Part shown: piece after piece, positions 24,848 to 37,649 of the stretch
Numbering within the stretch: the stretch's first letter is position 1
How the letters are laid out: each line of letters opens with the position of its first letter
Assembly (NCBI GenBank): GCA_049999805.1
Contig: JBNGIO010005408.1
Coordinates: forward strand, 1 to 63,241
DNA from: Folioceros fuciformis
Lineage: Eukaryota
Length of the DNA stretch: 63,241 nt
Reading direction: 5' to 3'
Notes under the pieces: model-generated
Told to the model about the DNA's origin: nothing
Databases searched by the model: none
What the model saw: the letters and a program-made list of their open reading frames with translations, nothing else
Program-made: the position numbers and the translations under genes

Positions 24848-25390
24848 GCATTGGAAGGTGGACAGCCTAGAGGGATCCAAGCAAGAGCGATTTGGAATAG
24901 TGATGGGCCACAACACTCAGAGTAATTAACACCAAACCCTTGGCAAGCCATTCAATGATGCATTGGAAGGTGCGCAGCCTAGAGGGATCCAAGAAAGAGC
25001 TATTTAGAAGGAGAGTAAGGGCCATAAGCAACACGGCACCTTTACGAGTGGGTCGCACCCGGGTCACATGGGATGGAATGGCGGGTGGCATATGAGTGCA
25101 CAAAGTATTAGCGAAATATATTAGGGTACCCATAATGGATTCGGCAAAGCCCAAATACTTAAGTACTTGATCTAATATGTAAGTATCGTACGATGGCATT
25201 TCTCGTCCAAATACGACACAAACCAATAAGAATGACACGCCCTATGGTGAGGGACTGTTACAACAATGAACAAATTCAAGTAGTGTACATTCTATTGCTT
25301 GCAAAGCTTTTCCACGATTGAGTATGATCACTTCTACAAATCCTATTCGGTGTGACGACAGAGAGTTCGATTTGGAAAACAATACCCGAT

Positions 25391-27408
25391 TTAATGCAGT
25401 TGATCGGGCAACCTGGGCTTGATCACAGCTGTTAGAGGTGTCCTCCTCGGGAGCACTATGCCGAAAATTTCCTCCATATGAAGTTTCAGAGGCGCAGTTC
25501 CGTTTGGAGGAGACCAGTCCAAGCTGTGGATTAATCTAGCCAGCACATAGTGTACCAAAATATCAGCCATCTTGTGGCCCGGACACATTTGTCTCCCAAG
25601 TCCGAAAGGAATGAAGGTCAACTTCGTCATCATCTCCTCGGCCTCGCTCCCCATAAACCTCTCCGGGTCAAACTTCAAAGGATCCTTCCAGATGTCTGGG
25701 TCCCGACCCATGCCCAACGATTGGATAATCAGGGTGCAATTAGCAGGAATGTCATATCCTTGGATCTGCGTGACATACATTCGTATCGATGTTAAGCTAC
25801 ATGTAGCTTTGCAGTGAAATGCACACAATGGACCGTGCTGGTGCCCTACTTTCATCCGTGAATTCGAAACTTGCAAGAAATTTGAATTATACGGATATTT
25901 AAGGACATTGCACGCACCTCAGTGTCCACGGCATTGGCTCGGGGAAAAGACCATGCTCCGCCGTGTAGCCTGGATGTTTCGAACCACGGCCCGAAGGTAA
26001 GGCATACGGACCGGATCCACATCTGACTCCGTCACCACGCGTTCCAAGCCCACCACGTGGTCGACCTTCTGCTGGGCTTTCTTCATGACGTCTGGATTAG
26101 CAATAAGCGCAGAGAGAGCCCATACCGTAGTGTAAGCAGATGTTTCTGTGGCAGCAGTCACCATATCCTGCTTGTTGAGTGACATGTGACATGTGAACGT
26201 GCATTAGGCTCAACAGAACATCTAGAAAACACTGTACGAAGTCCACGCGCAAGGGATGACAAGTGGGCAGGGTTTGAAATACCATATTGTAGCTTTGATT
26301 GATCTCTCACTGAGAACCAATCCGCCGTCACCCAGCAGCATGACGTCCAAAAAGTCCCGGGTCTCATGCTCGGTCCTTCCACTGCCAGCAGCTCCTGTTT
26401 CCGATTGTCCAATGCTGCTCTGAGGAGCTCATCCAGATCGGCCAATGTCCTCCGCATGGCGCTGCTTTTGCCTGCGACCGCATCCATCCAGGCAAGACTA
26501 GGGATAACATCCTTCACCATGGGGATCAAGGTATAGGCGAACATGGCATCGATCGACTCCTCCCAAACCTCGGCTTCAGATCTAGATCTAGACCGGTCAT
26601 ATGCTTGGCCGGCCTCCTCCGAATACTTCGGATTCCTTGTAGCGTGCGAGTAGAACTTCCTGCTCATTATCATGCGAATGATGTTGTTCATGGTCAAATA
26701 CTTGAGACTCGTTCTCACGTCCACAGAAACAGTCCTCTTGGACGCCTCCCACATCTGCCGAATGGTGTCCTGACACTCCTCTATCCTCAATCGCTCAAAC
26801 TGCTGCAGCCTCTTGCGGCTAAGCAGTTCCGTGTGCAAGAGCTTCTTCACAAGCTTCCATTATTCCCCATACGGAGTTACAGATGCAATCAAAATCCCAA
26901 GGGGCACCTTGTCAGACTCGTTCCCTGGGCCTACCAAACGTTCGTTCAACAAGTATTGCTCACATTTCCTTCAGTCCGGCAGGATTCTCACCAGAATGCA
27001 CGTCGATGCCGAATCCCAAGTACTCACTAACTGCAACGTTGGGCCTGTTGATGAACCCTGTCCCTTTGAGACATTCTGCAGAAATTTTGGGGTCGGTGAC
27101 GACGACCAAATTCATGGCGCCTAGCTTAACCAGCATTACTGGCCCGTACTCCTTGGCCATCTCCATCATATAACGGTGCGGCATCTTCCCGGCATTGATC
27201 ATGTGCAGAAGGCTCCTCACAATCAGCCATCTGGGAGGTCCCGGGGGCAACCGATATCGCCGCCTGGGCTTGCTCCTCCAGACACTAGTCCGTATCTTCG
27301 TCCACATGCTGGTCTGAGTAAAATCCGGTACCAACCACAATCCCAGCAGGGTAACGACTACAATCGCCACCCAATCCTCACGCTGAGTCTGAAACTGGAG
27401 AGCGCCAT
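25391..27408 (-). pseudogene. CYP703-related CYP71-clan P450, full length but disabled
   Basis: LPPGPPRWLIV; PYGE*WKLVKK (premature TAA); LTMNNIIRMI; DMVTAATETSA; KFDPERF; PFGLGRQMCPG. Frameshifts near 27380, 26370 and 25980. Confidence 0.88.
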
Positions 27409-28269
27409 TCCAGCGTCAGTGTCTACCAGACTGCCCTCAACCAGTGTGGGAGGGAACACAACAATTTCATACACAATCTCATGGCACAAACACAAGCACA
27501 CACGGCCAAAGCCACACCACACCTCACACTTTTAGTTGTCTGCCTTGAATCCCATTGGTCTGCTGACCTGCCTTATACTTCACTTTATCTCGAAAGCCAG
27601 TCCGTTCGTGGGTTCAAGACGCCAAGGCGATAGCACCCTCATTGGCCAATTCTTCGCCACTCTAGGAATGCTATTTGATGTGCGTGACAACTCCCTCTGT
27701 CTCTGTCTGTCTCTGTCTTGTTTCAGTTCCTGACGAGGAAGGAAAACGATGACGGCCCTTCAGAGTCTTGCGGTGGGGGCGCTACTTACGCACGTACTTT
27801 TCGCATGTTGTGAAATATTTAAAAATATTATTCGATAAATATTGATCTTGCAAACCATATGATAACCTTAGAAAACACAGCGGACATGTCCTCCCAGCAT
27901 CTCGGGTCTTCCTTTCTAAGCGTTTCCACCACCGATTTTCCCTGAACGATCTCAATCCCAGGAGGTACCACGAACATACAGGACCTGGGCCGGAGCAGCA
28001 GCTTGTCTTATTCTGAATTTTTATGAGTCTAGTATACATGCGATGGACGTCTCTGTGAAGCCGACTATGCCATAATACGAAAGAGCTCACAGACGGGTGT
28101 CAGAACTTTTTCTCAACACATCACACATGGCCTAGTATGCCACAATATGTACGAAAGAGGTCAGAGAAATGTGTCAACATGTGTCAACAAGTTTGTGCGA
28201 TGCACCACACACGGCCGCTGTGGTGCATCGCACAAACTCTTGGCCGCTGTGGTGGATGGCGCAACTTCT

Positions 28270-28575
28270 TGGCTGCAGGAAGTGAAAGCCCACAGCATCG
28301 GGCATCCTCCATCTTAATGCCTTGCAGAAAGTGATCCTCCACCTCAAATCCTTGCAGAAAGTGAAAGTCTACAGCAGCGGACATCCTCGACCTCAAAACC
28401 TTGCAGAAAGTGATCCTCCACCTCATAGCCTTGCAGGAAGTCAAAGCCCATAGCAGCGGACATCCTCCACCTCAAAGCCTTGCACAAAGTGAAAGCCTAC
28501 AGCGAGCATCCTCCACCTCAAAGCCTTGCAGAAAGTGAAAGCCCACAGCGACGGACGTGATCCACCTCAAAACTT
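28270..28575. repeat. Tandem array of CATCCTCCACCTCAAAGCCTTGCAGAAAGTGA(AAGCCCACAGCAGCGGA) with alternating short and long units
   Basis: The ccttgcagaaagtga core recurs about 6-7 times. Confidence 0.9.
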
Positions 28576-30219
28576 CACGCCTTCGTATCATCTTTCGCGT
28601 TCCACACATTGTAGTGCCTCGTATTGAAGCATCCAGGGTTGAGGTTTACGGTCTCACGATCTCCATCTCGCCTTTCACTTATGCATCCACGGTTTAGGTT
28701 AAGGGTCTCACGATCTCGATCTCGCCGCTGCCGCTTCCAGGCTGCGGAGGCAAATGTTCACTACAAATCCAGGCATGCACTACAAATTCCCCTGCCGGCC
28801 TTGCGATCAGGATCTCAGCCGCCATCGCTGACGGCATCCAGGCCTCCACTACAGTTTGGGGCTAAATCGAGTCTTCGAGAAGAGCCCGTCTGGAAGCAGC
28901 GAAACGGAAAGAGCTGCAGGTTCAAGCACGCTGTGTCTTCTTTTGGGAACAAAAAGAGAAGAAAGAAGTGACACATCCCCTCTTGGTGGATATCGGCAGT
29001 TTGGGGACGTTAAATGACATCACCCACAACCTGGATGCAGGGGGAGCCAGGCGTGATGGCGGATGACCACATAGGCAACTACTCAAACCTCACCTCGATT
29101 CACAGTGCATCCCTTCCCACGCCCGTACGTCTCTCTCGCAAGTAGTCCTTTCAAGCAAGCGTGAGTCTTCACTAGTGTTGAACAACAGCTAAATTGGCCA
29201 AGGGTCGGTCGGTCCACGCACTAGCGCCAGCCCAAGAAGCAGACACTCGGTCGTCTTGGTGAGATGTAGGAGCAGCGTTGAAAGAGGTGCTAGAGAGGCT
29301 TGGCGTGCTTGCCCTAATACAGGAAGAAGTACGAGCAGAAAATTTCACTTCATCGATGAGAAACCTATAAGCTTAGTTCTTCTATGTTGAGTGGAGTAGG
29401 TGTCCGGGGAATTTGTGTCCGAGGGATTTCAGGCCCCTGTAGATTTCAGTCTCCGAAGAGAACCTGCCTGCAGAATCCAGCCTCGCGCGGAGCCGAGGCT
29501 ATCGGATGGACGCCCAAGAGAGGACTCTGCGCCACGCGGGGCAGAGGAAGCTGGATGCATGAAACACGGGAGGGCAGGGGCCCCTGGATCTAAGCTAGAC
29601 TTGCGGAGGACCTCAGCCCCGCTCGGGAGCTAAACCCCCTCCTTCAAACTTCTCCGGGCCAGGTCCCCGCTGAACACTGAATGAGAGCGAGAGGCCCCCC
29701 GGCGCTGAGGTCCTGTAGAAGATGGCCTAAAGTGTAGCACACACACCGTTCCCGGAGCCTTTGTCTTGTCACTCATACGAAAAGTTCGCGATTCTCAAAC
29801 CACACTCTTGTCACTCAAATTTCGGGGAAGGCCCGACAGGCAGCCACTGCGGCCAATTGGGATATATACCACCCCGAGAAATACTACTAAACAATTGTGG
29901 CATTCCATAGTGCCCCGTGCCGTGACCTCTCCCATGAGTCTCGATGCTTGTTGGCTTCCTGGCTTGTTGCTTATAGCACTTCGCGGGATTTTTAGTGTCT
30001 TTGACGTGCATGCTTGAGATATTACATGACTAATAACTTTTCCAGAACGTCCTATGTACAGCCTTCAAAAGGGGGACGTCGCCTTGTGGCTGGTGAGCGC
30101 ACATCAGGACAGTACTTGGAACAAATGTTCGTGTTTGTGTTTGAGATCACAAGTTTTGCCTTTTGTGCTACACACCGAACTCCTACTGCTGTATGAACAA
30201 GTTGACAAAATCGCCCGCT

Positions 30220-33200
30220 TCAACCGAAGCCGGGGCGGAAGGCTTGTAACTTGCCTTCTATTTCCCGCATCGTAGGTCGTTTTGCAGGGGCGTCTTCGGT
30301 GCACAGCAGAGCCATCTCCAGAACTGCAGCCATTTCCGCTCTGTGCAAGTCAATCTCTTCTTCCAGAAGGTACGCCTGCATCCTCAGCCCTTCGTCCATG
30401 ATCACGTCCAGAATACCGTCTATGGCGGAGCTGGTAAGGGGCCGATTTACCAGGCCAGTGTTGACGATCTTCCTCATCCACGTGGGCATGCTTAGCCCCA
30501 TGTCCAAGAAACAAGGGTCAAGGGGGGATTTCCCCGTCAATAGCTCGAGGAGGACCACACCGAAGCTATATACATCGCTCTTCTCTGTGACTTTGAGTGT
30601 GTAGGCATATTCTGTTCAATGCCACCATATCCGCATGTCATCACCAGCATTGCTTACGAGGAATATTGGTAGGGAAGCGAATGGATCATGCAGGCTGTTA
30701 CACACCTGGGGCGATATAGCCGTGCGTGCCCACAATGCTGGTGAACGTGGACATGCTGTTTGCAGGGTCCGACCGATCCACAAGCTTTGCGATCCCGAAG
30801 TCTGTGAGATGCGGCTCCAGGTTCTCATCCAAAAGGATGTTGGAGGACTTGATATCACGATGGATTATCTGTGGCACACAGTCGTGATGCAGGTAGGCCA
30901 GCCCTTGAGCAGTGCCAAACGCAATTTTGTACCTGCGGAGCAGAGCATTGGTCAGGTACGATCGAGAATGCGTGGAATCCTAAACTCTGTCTCTCGAGTT
31001 TCTCAGTCTCATGTTACCTTGCATTCCAGTCCAGTGACGGCGTAGGAGTGGCCTTGGATTCGGGCTGCCGCAGGGCATCCTTCAGGCTGCCTTTGGCAAT
31101 GAACTCGTACACTATGTAGTTCCAGTCCTCGTTCCAGCAGAACCCCAGCACCTTGACGATGTTCTTGTGCCGAACTTTGCCTGCAGAATTGATCTCGTTG
31201 CAGTAGCTCACGTACAAGGAGATGTGGCGGCTGTGCGAGCTGTCGCCATTCCCAGTCCCAGTCCCGTATAGAGGAGAGTTGCCGATCTTCTTGATAGCCA
31301 CCACTTCTCCCGTCACGGGCATCTCCGCCTTGTAAACGGTCCCGCAACCCCCTTGCCCGATCACCGCATCTTCCGAGCACGCAAGCTCCGCGACATCCAC
31401 AATCCTTGTGCTGGGAAGCCTCGCCGTGAATGTCACGGCCTGGTGCTTCCTGGAGCTGACAACGTGAGTCTCGGATCCGAGATCCGCCTTTAGGTTCAGC
31501 GACTCTTTGTCGTCGCCGTCGTATGACGACGGCAGCACAAGCCTTGAGAGCTGCTTGTTGCGGATCACCCTCAGCACAAAGACAGCAAGAAGCGCAGATA
31601 CGAAACCGGCAGCTGGAACGAGGATCCCCAGCAGTGACCCCTGGCTCAGCCTGCCACACAAGGACACAAAGGGTGAGAACCGGCATCTAGCTCAATTCCC
31701 GATTGATTCCGTAATGCTTGGGATGTCGGGGCAGGAAACCTTCTAGTGACAGTGGAATCTTGATTCTCGGACGGTGGCAAGATAGTTAAATACGGATTTC
31801 CCGAAGCAAGGAAACTTGGGGCTTCGCGGAATGTTCTGGGTACGGTACCCGTCAGATTGTTGTTGGAAATGTCGACTTTGCTGAGGTGTATCAGGTTGTT
31901 CATAGTTGAGGGTATCGGACCTGCAACACATGTGCCGTAATGCTGGGACGGTCATCACAACAGACGGTTGGGCAGCAAAGAATCAAGACAAGTGCGCAGG
32001 TATCGAGACTGAGACTTGTGTGTACGTACCTGAGAGGTGGTTTCTGGAGACGTTAATATACTGCAGCTCAGTGCAGTCTCCAAGGGATGCAGGAATGGTG
32101 CCTGTGGGCTTGGGGCGAGTGCATGCACGCCGATCAGCTCAGATAAGACACGTTGGCAAGTGGACGAGGGAGAGAGTGGGCATCAGCCAGTACCTGTCAA
32201 CTGGTTTCCTTGGATAAGGAGATAGATTAACTGCTTGATATTTCCAACCTCTTGGGGTATGCTTCCGTTTATGAGCGTCTCGTGAATGCTCAACGTCATG
32301 AGCAAAGACAGTTTCCCAATAGTTGGAGGGATTGGACCTGTTGCAATGTTCAGCAGAATTGTGTCAGCATTTGCGCGCGATAATGTCAGTTACTCGGCTG
32401 GACTTCAAGCATCTCCCGCCCAAGGCAAGGGGGCGTTGCCGTACCTGTGAAACCATTTTGTGACAAGCCCAAGAAAAGCAACTTTGTGAGGTTGCCAATC
32501 TCTGGAGGGATGCTGCCCGTCAAGTTATTGTCTCGAACAGAGAAGACACCAAGCTTAGGCAGGTTGCACAGTTGTGGAGGGAGAGCACCTGTGTGTGGCC
32601 CTCCGTCAGAATGGGTTCATCACCATTGACCGGTCCCTTCACAGCTAGGCTTTCGGTACAAGAAACACTAATGTGACATACTGTGCACATTTCCAGTGCG
32701 TGACTGGCATGTGAGGCATGCATTGGCGAAGGCTTCTGACACTTACCTGAAAGGTTATTCTCATTCGCCTCAAACTGGTACAGGTTTGAGCAGTTTCCAA
32801 GCTCTGCAGGAATGCTTCCAGTGAGGGAGTTGTTGCTCAACAGCACCACCTCCAAAAGTTGAAGCCGGCCCAGTGATCCAGGGATTTCGCCTGCAGAGGC
32901 AACAAGCTCTCGAGTTCATATCAGACTGTGGGTGCGAAGGGGGAACAATACGTGCATTAGCTTGCTCACCGTGTAGACTATTTTGAACCATCTTTAGCTT
33001 GGTGAGATTTGTGCATTGAGCAAGCTCTGAAGGAATAATTCCTACCAAATGATTGCCACTCAAATCCAGGTCCTGCAAACTAGCAAGCTTGCCTATCGAC
33101 GTGGGAATAGTTCCTATACATTTGCCTCGTGAAAGGGAAACTCCATTAGGCACTGGACATTGTGCAAACGAAAACCTGGCAAACGTACTTGAAGCGGGAG

Positions 33201-33955
33201 CACAGAACACCAGCAAGAGGCAACCTGAGAGTGAGTTGTATGCTAGTTCCAGAATCGTCAGATTTTTGCAGTCTTGCATGTCGGGAATCGGACCCGCCAA
33301 AGCATTGGAAGCCAGACTCATTGTCTGCAGGGAGGAGATGTTACACAGCCCCAGGTTGTCGATTCTGTCTGACAGTTTATTGTTCTGCAGCTTGAGCGTG
33401 ACCAGATTTCCGCAACTGGAAAGCTGTGACGGGATCCTCCCAGTCAGCGAATTATGGCTCAAATCCAATTCCTTCAACATTAGAAGCCGGCCGATGGATT
33501 CTGGAATCACACCTGTGGTCCGGCAGGAAACGCCATCAGCTGCAGCCAGAAATTCATAGCCTGTACAGCAAGCTTAGGGCATCAAGGGATTTGGAAGCAC
33601 CTGAGAAGTTGTTCTGGGACAGCTGCAGGATCTTCAGATAGGAGAGATCTGCAATGTTGTCCGAAATAGTCCCATCCAGATTGAAATTAGCAAGACAAAG
33701 GGATTCCACATCCCCGACTTCATTGCATGTCACACCCGTCCAACTGCAGGGAGTTTCATCCGACTCATTCCAATCTGCCAGGAGCATAGACACGTCTCCC
33801 ACTGCTGCCCGAAACTTGAGAAGCGTTTGGCCGTCTCGAGACACTCCGTGCACGTTGCCAAAATGCAGAGACGCCACCAGCAGCAGCAGCAGCCGCAGCG
33901 CTACCAAATGTGACAAGGTGCCATGACATTTTCTCGGCTGGTGTAGGCGGTTCAT
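30220..33955 (-). CDS. Leucine-rich repeat receptor-like Ser/Thr kinase (intron-rich LRR region, RD kinase)
   Basis: Signal peptide; [32 protein letters not shown]; many LxLSxNxLxGxIP repeats; [65 protein letters not shown] and [18 protein letters not shown]. Confidence 0.93.
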
Positions 33956-34667
33956 TGCTGTGAAATGAAATCAAACGAAGCAGAGGTCCTGCCCAACTCG
34001 GAAAAATCAGTCGTCAAGAGATAACATGGCAAGAGAATTCCCTGGAGGCAGTGGGCTTCGTGCCACAGGCCTTCCACGGCATCCTGCTCTTCAGTTATGT
34101 ATGTAAAGCCAACGTTTGCTCACATCAGCCGGCATGGCTTCCAACGTAGCTTGAATCAGCCGAATATACCACTACGTACTCCTCAATCTTTTTAAAATTT
34201 CTACAACATGTTCCACAGTTTATACCAGAATTTGCTGAACCTGGACGAAAATATTTTATGATATGTTCACATGCATACATCTATTGTAAGACAACTTTTC
34301 ATAATAGTTCAATAAAACTAACTAAATAACTATAAATCATAGATATCTATATATATATTTATATATATTATTTTAACTATATTTATTAAATATTATTTTA
34401 ATTTGATGCCTCTTTCTTCCCAAAGATTTCTAACACCTTGTTCATATGACATATGAATCCGGACCTAGGTATGGAATAGGTATGGAATAGCGATATAAGG
34501 ACTTTACACTCACATTTTTTTTCATTGGAATATGTTTTTTATACATAAATATTCCATGGCATCTAAGGAATATTCTTCTACTTTACTTTGCCGAACCAAA
34601 CCCTACATATACAAACATGCTACAAACCCTAAACAAAGCATGTGCTAGAGGCAGTGATTTCCTGATG

Positions 34668-35600
34668 ATGCCAATTCTGGCTACTCTGGTTCCCGCCATA
34701 GTCATTTATGTCTATCGGTCATGGCCCTCCTAGAAGGTGAGGCACATTCCTGGACCTCCCACAATCTTCGGCATTGGCCATCTCCATCTGTTGTTCCCTA
34801 TGCTTCGAGAGAAGTACGGGAACATTTATAGGTGTTTGCTGCTTCCTTGGACTCCAGACACTCGTCTTTTGCACCAGCTCTGTGTGCGGTTCCGATGTGT
34901 AGCAAAGGCGTTTGTGTCTCATGTTCCCTTGCGTTGGTTGTAGATTCCACCTTGGGAGGCAAGCCCTCATCATGCTTACCGATCCGGAACTCTTGGGAGG
35001 CAAGCCCTCATCATGCTTGCCGATCCCGAACTCTGCATACTGTTGGATGTGAAGAATGCTAAGCTAGCTCCCAACCGATCGACACCTCCTTACAGAACTC
35101 TGCATACTGTTGGATGTGAAGAATGCTAAGCTAGCTCCCAACTGATCGACACCTCCTTACAGAACTAGCAACCCCGTTCTATAAGAGGGTCAATTCTTCA
35201 CCAGGTGTGCTTGTTTGTGAATCTCCTCATCCGCTCTCGGCATCGGTTTGAAAAATCAAGGGGTAGGGCAGCGAGCTCAAAGACAGCCTTCTGTCCCTTA
35301 TGTCAGGGATGACCGATGGCGTGCTATGCGCAACATCTTCCTGCCTCTATTCCACAAATCAAGTATCGTGAACTACCTGCCCAACATCTTCCTGCCTCTA
35401 TTCTGCCTCTATTCCACAAGTCAAGTATCGTGAACTACCTGCCCGTGATGACAGAGACAATGTGCACCATCTGGGATCACTTGGTGGAACAAAACGCCGA
35501 AAAAGTAGATGTAGTAGCTTGGACATGGGATCACTTGGTGGAACAAAACGCCGAAAAAGTAGATGTAGTAGTTTGGACATCTGACGATGAAACAAAGTAA
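34668..35600 (+). pseudogene. CYP711A (MAX1)-like P450, 5' part, pseudogenised
   Basis: IPGPPTIFGIGHLHLL..KYGNIYR / FHLGRQALIMLADPELC..VKNAKLAPNRSTP / RDDRWRAMRNIFLPLFH..YLPVM parallels MAX1 (YGPIFRFxMGRQPL..ELC..NRSIP..RD.RW..MRN). Premature TAG at 34731 and multiple tandem duplications; no heme region. Confidence 0.8.
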
Positions 35601-35815
35601 ATATCCCGATCGAGACACCTACTTTGTGCCCTATGACCGATCGAGACACCTACTTTGTGCCCTATGACCGATGAAACAAAGTAAATATTCCGATCGAGAC
35701 ACCTATGACCAATGAAACAAAGTAAATATTCCGATCGAGACACCTACTTTGTGCCCTATGACCGATGAAACAAAGTAAATATCCCGATCGAGACACCTAC
35801 TTTGTGCCCTATGAT
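35586..35815. repeat. Tandem repeat of a ~53 bp unit (GATGAAACAAAGTAAATATCCCGATCGAGACACCTACTTTGTGCCCTATGACC) with partial copies
   Basis: Four to five near-identical full or partial copies. Confidence 0.92.
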
Positions 35816-36441
35816 CGAAGTGAGCACTGTACTGCACTGTACACTCCCGCCCTAAAATTTGTATGAAAGAAAGCCCTAAAAAAAATTGTATGAAAGAATG
35901 CCCTAAAATTTCTATGAAAATTCTATGAAAGAACCCCTGTCTGTATCGATATTCCATACGGAGGGTAGACTGGATTATTATTTTAGAATTTTCACCTCAT
36001 GTATCTACATATATAAATCCTAAAATGCTTTTTTTTGCCTGTGCCTAGTTTGCGGATCACCCCAAAACAAACACTTTACCATGCTGGACACTGAGAATGA
36101 GAGACGTTGCCCTAACCATAACAACGTGAACCGAGCCAAAGCCAAAATGTACTACATGTTCCCAAAATATCATGATGTTATGTGGAATAACAAAAAATAA
36201 AAAGCCTACTGAACAAGTTCAGTGATTAATGTTGATAGAAAAGCATAGCTACTGTTGATGGAAAAGTATTGGCGGGATTTTGTCCCGATTCCCACGGACT
36301 CCTAGAACGTCTCATTCTTGACAGGTGAGACAAAATCAGAAGAAGACGTTTTCACGTTATAAACGTCTGTACATGTTCCGTTACTAGGGGAAGCTCAGGC
36401 AGGTCGTGCCTGCAGGGCTACCTGAGAAGAAGTCGAGGGGC

Positions 36442-37649
36442 CTACCCAGTTGCTAAACGGGTCGATACGCTGTTTCTCCGTTTCAGGGTCGCCAGTGCCG
36501 AAGATGGGAATTGGAGCAGATGCAGCAGTGCATCAAAACGACCAGAAAAGGCGAAAGGACGATACTCCAGCAGCCATGTGTTAGGATCCAGGTGGACGGC
36601 CGATGCAGCCCACCTTGGATGCATCCATCTATCACCTTCACCGTGGATTACATACTCCAGTCTGCCCTCTTGCCACTGTCAGCAAATGAACCATGTTATC
36701 AAGCTCGTAGTGTGATGACCCCATGGGATACAACAGGCATGGCATAAGGCAGGATGGAGAAGCAAGGTGTGAAGCACCATACCTCCAGCACACGTCCTGA
36801 CAGAACGTAGAAGGAACGGTCTACAATCGAGCGGCCTAAGAGTCCGGCTGTCTGGAGAGGGTAACCCCAAATAGCAACCCTTTCGGCTGCTGAAGAAAAC
36901 AGCTCGCAGGTAGAATAGACCAAACTTCCGCTCTGCAAGTCATCCGACAAGCAATTCAGGAAACTCAGTATCGGATGGAGGTCAGCGAGGTAATACCACG
37001 ACGATTTCGAAATCTAGCAAGTAGCATAACATACATCAATCAGCTCCCAGTTCGATTCACCTCCCGTGCAATTGACTACAATTTCTTCAGGGACAGCTAG
37101 GGAAAGCTGCCGTTCCACAACCTTGAGGCGGTCTGCAACGTCTGCCCTAACTCGTGACTGTTCACCGAGATGCATTACAAAATCTGCACTAAGCTGCTGC
37201 ACCAATGCTGCCATTGTAGCCCACGGCCACGAGAGCTCCAAAACAACCACCAGTACCAGCAATCCAACAGGCGACAATTTTTGCAGACGGTTCCAGACCG
37301 CAGAACTCCGCTTCGAAGGCTTTTTCAAACCCTGCCTTGTCTCCTTAAGCTTGGATCCTCTTTTCGGCTCTATCCTCCCTCCGATCATGGACGACTGCAC
37401 TTCCTCCTCCTCCAGTGTTACCTTACGCTCCTTCCTCACCGCGTTCCCAGCTCGAACCTTAACCTTGGAGGGACCCTGCTCAAGGCCAGACACGCTGACA
37501 GCTTCACTTGGTTGACTGGGCACGGGCTGGAACAGTCGCTGGCTTGCAGACCTGAGGTCTCTGGTAGCATCAATGCTTTCCTCACACATGCGGCACTTGC
37601 ATTGTGCGTCTTTCCTGCACCTCAAGTAATACGCGTTTTCCACCTCCAT
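36442..37649 (-). CDS. Plant ERG2/sigma1-receptor-like ('C-8 sterol isomerase'-annotated) membrane protein, at least 3 exons
   Basis: N-terminal CRKDAQCKCRMCEESIDATRDL, one TM, then IWGYPLQTAGLL..RSFYVLSGRVLE and WAASAVHLDPNTWLLEY, recalled as motifs of this plant family. The 3' end is uncertain. Confidence 0.75.

Noticed and set aside
26855-26870. Premature TAA in the P450 rescued by U-to-C RNA editing
   Set aside because: Such editing is organellar; this is a nuclear gene that also carries three frameshifts.
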